Assembly (NCBI RefSeq): GCF_964204645.1
Contig: NC_134033.1
Coordinates: forward strand, 578,131-642,130
DNA length: 64,000 bases
Origin: Tubulanus polymorphus
Lineage: Eukaryota > Animalia > Nemertea
Reading direction: 5' to 3'
Part shown: positions 49,952 to 61,400 of the stretch, in pieces
Layout: the number at the start of each line of letters is the position of its first letter
How positions within the stretch are numbered: the first letter of the stretch is position 1
The notes under the pieces: generated by a model
What the model saw: the letters and a program-made list of their open reading frames with translations, nothing else
Databases searched by the model: none
What the model was told of the DNA's origin: nothing
Made by a program: the position numbers and the translations under genes

Positions 49952-52900
49952 CTAGGCGGTGGGAACTGTTGGAGTTGTTAAATTCAACCCAAGTTGAGAC
50001 AGAGTATGATTAACTGTAGACTGGGTCACATTCATCACCGTCGTATGATTCAAATATCCCATCATCGTCGTCGTCGTCGTGGAAACATTACTGGCTGGTG
50101 ACATGGTTGTCATGGTGGTGGCGGTTACATTGTTGTAATCAAGAAGCGTATTAACGGTTGCCCCGGTGAAATCGAGCCACGCCGGTAACACATCGTAACG
50201 GATCAATAAATCAATAATAGTTCGGTAGATATCGTACACAATCGCGAAACAGAAATAAACAGGAAGTGTATACTGTAACCAATAGAAACAGTTCGGCAAT
50301 GGCAGCGGTAACTTTAACTTCCTGTAAGAAAATAAAACATGTATAAATCATTCAGCCATGTTACATGCACATTTATAAATCATTTAACCATATTACATGT
50401 ACATGTCTCATTATTTCAGCCATGTTACATTTACAAATCGTTAAACCATGTCACATGTCTCTCGATCTATCAGCCATGTTACATTTACAAATCGTTAAAC
50501 CATGTCACATGTCTCTCGATCTATCAGCCATGTTACATTTACAAATCGTTAAACCATGTCACATGTCTCTCGATCTATCAGCCATGTTACATTTACAAAT
50601 CGTTAAACAATGTCACATGTCTCTCGATCTATCAGCCATGTTACATTTACAAATCGTTAAACCATGTCACATGTCTATCAATCTGTCAGCCATGTTACAT
50701 GTTTCTCTTACCCTTGTTCGACGATTCTGGAATTGCGAATCATGAAGAACACGAAGAATCCGGCCTCTAAATTCAGAACGGAAGACGCGATCTTTTCTAA
50801 CATCGATTCGAATCCCTTCGCGGAAAATAAACAACAAAATCATCAAATATAGAGGGAGCCACTCGACGTGTGTACGGCATGAATCGAGATATGATACAGA
50901 CCTTCGGGTTGAGCATGGCAACACCGAACACTAAACCAAACCCGAGCAGTGAAAATATACTACGACATAAACTGAAATATAACAAATACATGATACAGAC
51001 ACGGACACTGGCATGTGAGCTGACAGCCGATTTATTCATACGAACCACTGAGTGCTACAGAATCGAGAACAGAGTTTACTGTTCGTATTCATTATAGCTG
51101 ACGTATACGTCGATTCCTTCGTTTTACCCCAAACTGAATCTACGATTCCTTTCACTGAAAATAAACAACAAATACTATCGACTATCATAACATCCTTGAT
51201 AAATCCCCCTATGACATCATTAGACTGTACTGATTTATCTATCTCTTGAGAAGATGGCTACATCCATCCATAGATCCCCCTATGACATCATCAAATCTCT
51301 ACATTGGTATCTAATATCAATATGATTCCTTTCACTGAAAATAAACAACAAATACTATCAACTATCATAGCATCCTTGATAAATCCCCCTATGACATCAT
51401 AAGTCTGCACTGATTCATCTATTTTCTTCGAGAAAAGATGGCTACATCCACCCATAAATCCCCCTATGACATATATCTAATCTCTAAATTGGTATCTAAT
51501 ATCAATTCAGTGTAAATCTGGTAATTAGTGATGTCATAAGGAGAATTCATGGAGGCAGCAATCGTCGTAAATGTCTAGTGTACTTACGCGTATGATGCAT
51601 GGCGCCACCTATCGTCAGGAATGATACAGTGATACTGATTAGAATGAATAACTCGATAAGGAATGCGACCCAGTCGTACCGAGGGTAGAATTTGTGTAGG
51701 ATCTGCAACAACATTTAGAGAGATATTCGGAAATTAGGAACAGCTTCTAGACGGTCGACAAGTTTACAAAGTCAACAACTTCACTAAGTATTTACCTTTA
51801 TCAATGGAATAGTCGAAATTTCTCCTTCTTGATTTGACCTGCAAAAACAAGAACACGACTAGTAGTCATTTATTTCTCTGATGATGAAGCTTCAAAAATG
51901 TCAAAAAATAAATTGTTAAATCATCAACTGCGGGTTTGCTAATGAAAAACAAGAATATTTTGGATTGGAAAAGTTGCATTTGCGGTCATTCATTTATTAC
52001 GCACGCATAAAATTTGAATTTTCCAACCCCCCTCCCCCTCTGTAAGCATTACAGTACGCAATCGCACTGACCCCTCCCCCTCCCCTAATGCGTGCATAAT
52101 AAATGAATGATCCCTTTCTGAAAATGTCTCAATATATGATGTTTTATGCTACTACTAACCTGGCTAGTGATATATTAGCTATACAAACAGGATGAACATC
52201 TGTGGATGTGTTCGCTTGTTGATGAGGGGTAGAACATCCAGACAACTGTGGAACTATATCTAAAACTGCCCAACACCTGCAATCAAAATAACGTACAAAA
52301 TGGCTACCTCTATGTATCACCCTATGACATCATCATTACTATCGGTAATTCATATACAAACAATGACATCATTGCTACTATTTCATATACAAACAAAAAT
52401 AACTTCGACATTTGAGAGATTTCATGTAAGATATGTTATCCTCTACCCCTTCCCTGACACAAGAGATTTGTAGAAATGAAACTGACCAGAGTATGTTCAG
52501 TATCATACACGTTGTTAAACCGGAGAGCACAGCAGTACGAAATCCTCGAACCTGATGCCTCACTGGCGCCACCTTCGCGTATAACATCGGCATTACATTG
52601 ATTATTCCACCTACGATACAGAGATATATAACTTTAGAATGTGGGACTCATCACAGGCCAAGTATTAGAGGAGTTTTACTGACCTAAAGCTACTGTACCC
52701 ATCAGAAATGGAGCCCCAACATATTTCCAGTCATTGCTAATCTCATGGTGAATCTCGGCTCCTACCATAAACGTTACCACAACCTAGAAAATAATCAACA
52801 GTTTCTATATTCCCATATTCAAATCAGCAGTTTCTATACCCATATTCAAATCAACAGTTTCTATATCCCCCATATTCAAATCAGCAGTTTCTATATACTC

Positions 52901-55762
52901 ATATTCAAATCAACAGTTTCTATATACCCATATTCAAATTATCAGTAGTTTCTATATTCCCATTTATTCAAATCAGCAGTTTCTATATCCCCATATTGAA
53001 ATTAGCAGTTTCTATATATCCCCATATTTGAATCAGCAGTTTCTTCTTCTATATCCCATATTCCAATGAACTGTCAATTTTAGTTTCTATATCCCCAGTT
53101 ATACTACGGTACTTACTGTAGCTAAGAGGAGAGAACCTTTAACAAACGTCATCAGTGAAATGAGAGGTTTGATAAATCTGAACCCGAAAACAATCGCGAA
53201 AGTCAAAATCCACACAAACACCGGAATCACGTAGAAATGACTGAAATATAGAGAATCATATAAACTTACAATCAGTAAATAGAGATGAGGGAAAGATGAG
53301 AGAGTGAGAGGAAGTGAGAAGGGAGAGGGTGAAACTTACTCAATTCCAATAAGAACTGCAAATGCTTCACTTCCAGCTAAAGCATAACTGATCAGAATTG
53401 AAATACTAAAAACAATAACACATTTAACAATTCAATTCATTTCAATAGGATTAATGTTTTTATGTAGGGAGCTGACTGCCACTAGAGGACTTTTCAACCC
53501 CCAATCAAGATATGAAACCTGCATGAGACCGAGGCCATCGAAAATTAACTGAACAGTGATTTTTTTCCATAATTTGGAGCATATAGTATCGATCTAATTT
53601 CTGAAGCCTACAACTGCATTATTTCATCCGATTCCTGATAAAATGTAGAATTTTGCTGAACTTACAATTGTATTATGATAACTACAACGAACATCTGTCT
53701 AAGTCCACAACTTAGAAACATAGTTCCCAACATGTGTAGATTCGGTTCCTTTACGCTGTTGTCTTTAGGTATAATAACATGTCCGGCGAGAACCGGCCCT
53801 AAAAAAGAGACAACATTAAAATACTGCCGCCCAACAAAGCATGAGTTGATGCTATATTGAAAATTAAGTCAAACTCTGGCTTAAGTCATTTCAGTTGGGA
53901 ATGTGTCGTTGTGACTTAATCAAAATGATGACTTACACTTAGTAAATTCAATTGGAAATAATAGAATAGAGACGACTTAACGACTTATTGAAATGATGTC
54001 TTAAGCGATTAGTTCGTTCGTATTGTTTTATATTCACCACTGTGTTCACTTTCCTCTTCAGCCTCGCTGAACGAATCATCGTCTAAATCTATATCATTCA
54101 ACGGAATACTTTCAAATTGATCTTCCTACGAACAGAAAAATCGGCCGCATCAAAATAAGAATTCAGTATTATTCATTAATTTATTACAGTGACATGTACA
54201 TCATATTTCTAGTCCCCAGGGGGCTGTTTCCATAGTCGAGACTTAAGACCGAAAGTGGTCTTAACCTTAAGACTTTCTCAAGTTGTTAGATTGGCTATAG
54301 AACTAAAATTGTCTTAGACAGGTCTTAAGTCTAAGCCCTGTCTATGGAACCGGCCCCTGTAGTTTGTTGAAACGAGGTTCCACTGTACAAATAGATATAT
54401 ATATAGTACCCGGCCTGAATTTAGATGTATAAATTACTTCCAAATGATTACTTCACGTTCATGTTTCTACCACAATTGATGGACCACAAAAGATAAGATT
54501 ATCATTTACCCTTTTGACGACAAGTTGAATAGCGTATGATCTCTGTAGTAAATCAGTGAAAAACACGATCAGTATCGCCTGGAATAGAAACAAATTAAAC
54601 TCATATTAGAAATAGAAAGATAACCGGTTATAATCGGAAGAAGTCCCACAATTCAAATTTTATATGATGAAATTTATCATTTTGAAACCACGAAGTTTGA
54701 CTTTAACACAAACAGCCATCATCAGGTGGAATGATGATGATGTTGAATGATCACCATTCCACCAGGGGCCAGTTGCACAGTCATGACTTAAGTTCAAAAG
54801 TGGTCTTAAATCTTAAGTTGTTAGATTGGCTATAGGAGTAAGTTGGTCTTAGATTGGTCTTAAGTTGTTAGATTGGCTATAGAACTAAAATGAGCTTAGA
54901 CTGGTCTTAAGTTTAGGCAATGACTATGCAACCGGCCCCTGGTCCTGATGATAGCTGTTAGTCAACAGCCGAAACGTTGTGTTTCATTTTAATAAATCAT
55001 TTCATATAAAATTCAAATTGTGATTCTTCTTTGATTATCTACAGTATACACGGATTAGAGTGTTTCATTCGACTATTCTATAACCGGTCATCGTAAGTAA
55101 GAGACAAGAGACTTTACAACGAACCTGCATGAAAAATCCGAGCAGAAACGTGACTAGAAATGGATATATTCCGGCGTGAGACAGAGTGACCGGCAGCCCT
55201 GAAATATATATCAATAACAATCATTCAGATCTAGGTGTAAGGTTTGAGAGGTCATCTCTCTGAATGAATACATACCCAATATTCCGGTCCCTAAGATTGT
55301 AGCGATTGTGATGAAATCTATATGAAAACAAAAACAAAAGCATTTCATAATCGTCAAATATTTCTGTTTCCAAATCTGAAAAAATCAGTTAAGAGTTTTA
55401 AATAGTGTCAGCAGAGAGGTTGTTCAATTCAAAATTCTTCTCACTGTAGTTTTGTCATCAATACAACGTTTCAAGTTGATGAACGTCGAGATGAGACTCG
55501 ACCAACAAGCACAAGGCCTAAGCACTGACTGACTGTCTGTCTGTGTGTGTATCATCGACATCGACGAGCCGGATTCTGTGGGCCACAGTTATTTCTACGA
55601 TGAAAATGAACAAATGCACGAAAATGACCCCTCAAATTACTCACAACATTGTAAATAAATCAATTTCACGTTTCCCTGTTTGGCTGATCCAGATGAACGC
55701 GCTGTAGCCGTCAATTTCTCCGCAATTAGACTATCTTTCGAGCCGTTCATGGAGGCTGCCAT
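49952..55762 (-). CDS. Multi-pass amino-acid permease, APC superfamily (Aa_trans / Trp-Tyr permease-like)
   Basis: ATG at 55762 (MAASMNGSKDSLIAEK...). TM1 motif YFITIATILGTGILGLP spans exons 55762-55645, 55317-55276 and 55198-55125. Many short hydrophobic exons follow (e.g. TPFLMGTVAL, NVMPMLY, SVSFITI, FSLLGFGLVFGVAMLNP). The last exon, ~50322-49952, has a Thr-rich tail. Not all internal boundaries were verified. Confidence 0.8.
50405..50700. repeat. 57-bp tandem repeat x5 (intronic)
   Basis: cagccatgttacatttacaaatcgttaaaccatgtcacatgtctctcgatctat-like unit. It explains the ORFs at 50339-50770 and 50365-50745. Confidence 0.9.
51985..52113. mobile_element. Short MITE
   Basis: TIRs ggtcattcatttattacgcacgcat / atgcgtgcataataaatgaatgatc. 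Confidence 0.6.
52790..53100. repeat. ~29-bp degenerate tandem repeat
   Basis: cagtttctatatccccatattcaaatcag repeated about 9 times. Confidence 0.85.
54629..55079 (+). mobile_element. Fold-back hammerhead-bearing insertion with nested MITE A
   Basis: 9-bp TSD ataaccggt (54620-54628 / 55080-55088) and inverted arms. Core CTGATGA-ta-gctgtt-agtc-aacagc-c-GAAA-CG-TT at ~54945-54978. MITE A is inserted at 54766-54938. Confidence 0.65.
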
Positions 55763-56814
55763 GTTGGATTAGGCGGCGCCACCGGCCGGTCTTCTATCTT
55801 CGCTTCTTGCGGGTTCCAATACAGGACAGAATGTCTCTGTCAAACCTTTCTTAAAACAAAAGAAACAATACCATTTTGAAGTGAAAAATAGCCAATTTTT
55901 TAAGCTAAAACAATAGAGGTGCCACTGGATTAGAGTGAAACCTCATATGGGTTCGAACCCAGGACAAAAATGGAATTTATCCTGTCCTGATCAGTCAAGC
56001 ACCTTGTAAGCAGAAACAATTTTTTGTTGAAAATATCCTATTTCCATAAAAAAGAACGAAATCGAGGCAGTTGTGTTTACTTAGAGGTGACCTCAGTGAA
56101 AGCATGCGTTCAACCAAGGACGAATTATTCCAACAACCGCAAAAACCAAACAGTACAACTTAAACTCGTCGAAGAAAAACTTTTTCTCCATTTTTGAAAA
56201 AGCTGATGGTTTTTTTTTTTTAGAAAAAAAGACAATCACAAAACATTCCGATAATTATGAATTTATTTTGCTAAACCTATATACAACGAGTTGTTTAATA
56301 ATTTACACAGAAATCAAACAATAAAACCGTCCCAGAGCTGTCGGTTCGCAGTCACCGCAAGTTACCGCCACTTTCTAATTGATCTTTAGCTTCGTTTATT
56401 TTAGCCGCTAAATAAGGAGATCCTCCTATAAAATATAAATCAATACAAAACTGTTACTTTGTGAACCAATCTGAGGCCGGTTGCTCAAAGAGTTTGTTAG
56501 AGTTAATCAGTGGATAGTTGATACAGTGACAATTAAAAGTTCATTGTTAATTAAAAGTTAGTTAAAGATAACTGGTGAATACCTTAATCAAGATATTCAT
56601 CAACCAGTTATCTTTTTTCTAATTTTAACAACTGCAACTCGTGTTCTCTATAGTAAACATACAAACCTTTATCCGGATGGTTCGCTAACATTATTTTCTT
56701 GTGTGCGTCTTTTAATTTCGATTTATTCACATTTGGGCTGAAAATAATAAATTCAACATTTTCTTTTGTCATATTTATTAAGATTATCCGTTTCTATTGA
56801 TCAAATCACTAGCA

Positions 56815-57140
56815 CACAATTTGATGATGTCATAGGGGGTCTATGGAGGCAACCATCATTCTTAGAGGGTTTAGGGCGATAGGAAGACCCATCTAATTTG
56901 ATGATTTGGAGGTATCATAAATCATTTCTAGAAGGGCTTACAGTTCAAATAGTCTGGTCTATTACTATGATGTCATAGGGGGATTTCTGAAGGCAGACAT
57001 CTTTTCTGGAAGGCTCTATAGATTAAATTTCTCCGGTGGTAGGTTATTTGATGATGTCATTGGGGGATATATGAAGGCAACCAACATTTCTAGAGCGGTC
57101 TAGCGATCAGATGACTTATCTAATTTGATGATGTCATAGG
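56815..57140. repeat. Cluster of the dispersed 'gatgatgtcataggggga' short repeat
   Basis: 4-5 degenerate copies here. The same motif occurs at ~21575, 35615, 46405, 51205-51540, 52320, 60390 and 61300. Confidence 0.65.
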
Positions 57141-58228
57141 GTGACTCGAGCGGGGTATTACCTGACTCCTAGAATGAGTCCTGCCTCGCGCCTCGACATT
57201 TTAGGCTCGAACCCTCCTTTGTAATATTTGCTCGGCTGAAAATAAAAGAAATCAGAAATTCAAAATTTCAGGTGAATACTTCATAGATCACCTCCAGATG
57301 TCAGAAGACTTACAGCTGATAGGACGATCTGTTGTTTGATGACTTCCTGTAGATTTCTGCTGTATCTGAATGCATATCGCCCGGCGAATCCAACAGCAGC
57401 TAAACCTAAACCGGCTAATATCAACCCAGAGGCCTAGAATAATACAACATACAGGTCATTTAGGCAGTCGCTCCAGTCAAACAAACAATTAGGCCTATAT
57501 GCCTATGGCCTCTGCTCTGCCCCCTGGGCTAATAATTCCTCAATTTGAATCAATCATGATACAATATCAATCATCTCATGAAAAAGACAACCGTGATTAA
57601 AACGGGCACAATCTATAAGACAATGTCCTTAATTGAAATTGTTATATAATACAACGATCAAGTGTTAACATGTGTCAATAAAATCTAATTGGATTGCATT
57701 TGATGCCCTCGCCACTCATTTTACCCCCGATTAATGATTGAATTAATGATGAATTCGCGATGTAATGCTTACCATACTCGGGTTTTGAACCCTGGCTTGG
57801 TTTTCTGTAAACGTCTGAGGATCCAGTTTATTCTTAAGTGTAATCTGGACGCAATTTATCGCCGATACCGAAATGGACCTGAACCTCACTCAAAGTCAAA
57901 TACAATCTTTTTATATTGCGTATTCACGCTCCGAGTCTAGATACAAAATGGCGGCTTTTTGAATCGTAGTTACTGTATCTAGAGGGTTGGGGTTAGGTTT
58001 AGAGGGTCTAAAGCATTAGGGTTAGGGTGATGTGGGGGATTTAGGACTAAGATAAGAGTTCTGGCATTATAATAGGTTAGTTCAGGGTGAGGTAGAATAT
58101 AGTAAAACAAATTGGGTGTCTGTCGGCTACGGAATCACCCAATTTCCGTGACAAAGACTCGATGACGATGAGTAAACAATCCCACAATGTGTGTGTGTGA
58201 ACGAATCTTAAAAGTTTATTTTAAAAAA

Positions 58229-58274
58229 TTTAGAAATATTTCGGGTGGTTGCTCCCACCCTTCTTCAGTCTAAA
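58229..58274 (-). ncRNA. Minimal type I hammerhead ribozyme
   Basis: The minus strand reads UUUAGA-CUGAAGA-A-GGGUGG-gagcaa-CCACCC-GAAA-UA-UU^-UCUAAA, with 6-bp helix I, 6-bp helix II and palindromic AAUAUU helix III. A partial inverted arm lies at ~58290-58320. Confidence 0.8.
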
Positions 58275-58437
58275 GTGCATTTTATTCATTTGCAACCACC
58301 CGAATTTTTAAATAAACTTCTGCGGAATGACTCATATGGAATGTTGGGATTCGAACCCGATTGAATTATTTACAAACAGTTCACCAGCTGGTTGTTGCAC
58401 GTGTCACTCCACACTCCGCTGTCAACAACCATTCAAA

Positions 58438-61400
58438 ATGGCGTCGCATGTTCTACTGAAATTTGCGGGCGTTTTACGCCCCGTTTTCTCGAAACTGCGA
58501 CTGAACTGGAGCGCAGTCGGATTGCGAGATGTATGGATCGGGAAGAACAGGCAATACTGCACGATACGGAACAAGCGTAAAGTCGATCTGTGGGAAGAGT
58601 ATCATAAAACCAGGGCCAGTTTACAGGGTAAGAGCTTCACTGATCATTCATAGTCTGTGTGACGTATGTTCAGTAGATATATGGTTAAACGTTAGGTTTT
58701 AGCGATTCAGAATCCGACTGTGAACTGAAGATTTTATTTTGTATCATCATTATCTTTGATCTTTAACAAAAGTAGCCTAGAGCCTTTAAAAATGCAATTC
58801 CTCGTTCCTGACCTGGAGGAGGAGACGAGAGGCAGGCAGGTCGCATCAGGGTTATAATTCAATTACACTGAATTGAAGGATTGCCAAAATTCTTGATTGA
58901 ATGTATTAAAAATCGATGTTGGTGTTCAGCTGCCCCCATCTCTGCTGGATGGCACTGCCAAAAAACTGACTGAGCTAGGCCACCTGACGCCCTCTCTGCA
59001 AGCAAAATTGAAATAGACATTATAATTCTGGGGTCGGTTGCATAGTCATGGCTTAGAAGACTGGTCTAAGACCAACTTAGTTCTATAACCAATCTAACAA
59101 CTTAAGACTAGTCTAAACTCATTTTGGTCTATATCCAATCTAACAACTTAAGACCAGTCTCTAAGTTCATTTTAGTTCTATAACCAATCTAACAACTTAA
59201 GACTAGTCTAAACTCATTTTGGTCTATATCCAATCTAACAACTTAAGACCAGTCTCTAAGTTCATTTTAGTTCTATAACCAATCTAACAACTTAAGACCA
59301 GTCTAAACTCATTTTAGTTCTATAGCCAATCTAACAATTTAAGTTCAGTCTTAAGATTTAAGACCGCTTTTGGACTTAAGTCACGACTGTGCAGCTGGCC
59401 CCCCCCGGGATAGAGGATCCTGATAAGCCCTGGCCTGGTGGTGGTCAGCAATTGTAGTAACTGTAGTAACTATCTATTATTTATAGGTGTTGAATTGCCC
59501 GCTGATGTTGACGCGACAGCTATATTCGCTAACAATGAAACGTCTCTATCGGAAGTGGAAGTTTACGGGTTCGATTACGACTATACGTTAGCCAGTTATA
59601 AACCATCGCTGCATAATTTAATCTATAACCTCGGACGCTACGAGCTTGTAACTAATCATAAAGTAAGATCTCTTTCAAACAAGAAAACCAACAATAAAAC
59701 AGTGAAGAAAAACTAAGAGATTGATATTAGATGTTTGGACTCAGTTAGAATATGTTTAGTTTTGTCAAAACTTGAAATAATCTCTTAGTATTTCTAGTGT
59801 TTCTTCATTGTTGTGAGTGTTACTTCAATTGAATCTACACAAACAGCAGGGTTGGATCCAGGGGCCGGTTGCATAGTCATGGCCTAAACTTAAGACCAGT
59901 AAAAAGACCAACTTAGTTCTATAGCCAATCTAACAACTTAAGACTAGTCTTAAGATTTTAAACCACTTTTGGACCTAAGTCACGACCGCGCAACTGGCCC
60001 CAGGGGACTGGCAAGATTTGTACAAGTCCATCAGATCTCTTTTGAGTGCCCATTTTCATTTTCAACTCAGATAGTTGCTGCATTTCAGTTTGGGAAGTGT
60101 GCTAAATATTGGACGTCGAAGTCCAATGGAATTCTTCAAGATTAGCTCCTGGATTCGCCCGGCCTGGGCAGTCACTTGTGTCAATAGAAATCTCTCCTCA
60201 ACCCTCATAGTTTCTTGGATGTGTTTCGTTCTAAAGATTTCGATTGTTTTTTTTTTCAGTACCCAAAAGATATTTTGAATATAAATTATAATCCTGAATT
60301 CGCTGTTAGGGGTTTACACTACGATGTACAAAAGGTAAGTAGCGTTTCAATGAAACCCTACAAAAAGATGGCTACTGCCATAAGACCCACTATGACATCA
60401 TCGATATTTCCTAATTTTCAGGGTCTTCTTTTAAAAATCGATGCATTTCATAATATTCAACTAGGAACCGTTTACAGGTTGGTATTAATTCCCGCTACTC
60501 AAATCCTCGAACTGTAGCTCGTCGAATAGAGAAATATATTGAATATTGTCTTGTAGAGGATTGGAACCAGTGCCGGCCGATGAGGTGATTAAACTATACG
60601 ACGGAACTCACGTCCCGGTAGAAAATATGAATTCATTTCACGGCACGGTAAGAATTTATTTATTTTATTTATCTACTCTTTCTCTTACTTAAATAAATTC
60701 TTATAAATTCTAGATGTTTTTAAATACGAGTTGAATATAATTATTTTTGTTATACTGTATTGTTTTTCTTTGTATAACAGGTAGGAAAAAAGGTAAGATA
60801 TATCAATAATATTTACGACGCGTTGTTCTGTTGTTCCTGACGCTTGGATTTGATTTTATGAATTTATTATCTTAGCAACTATTTCAATCAAATATGATTA
60901 TTATATTTTTGTTCATATTATTTAGAGTAACATTTTTGCGATTTCGCAGTTTGCGTAACTTGAAAGTTTTTTTTTACATTTTTGTACAAAATTCTTCATG
61001 AGATTTTACTTAACGTTTGGAAACATATTCAGCTGCTTTTAAAGTATGCTCATATTCTAGTTTTTGAAGTGCTTGTTTTCGACTGTTGTTTGTAGACACG
61101 CTTGAAACAATGCAGTTCCTCAGTTGTGTAGGTTTAATTTTACTCGATGAGATTATCCACAGGTATTCTAAACCGCGCCCAACTGTCGAACTGCGTAAAA
61201 TGGTTCCGCTTTTTGCTTCATCTCTGAAAACTTTGCTAAAAGCAACTGTTCACCGTACTGTAAACCATTCAGAAAGTAATACCCCTACCTTTCATAAATC
61301 CCCCTATGACATCATACTGCGGTCCAACTGACTCAAAATGCTTATCGGATCAAATACTGTCTGATTCACATTAGTCGGTATCGAATTTGATGATGTGATT

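Noticed and set aside
50339-50770. Cys/His-periodic ORFs resembling zinc-finger repeats
   Set aside because: Translation of a 57-bp intronic tandem repeat, antisense to the permease.
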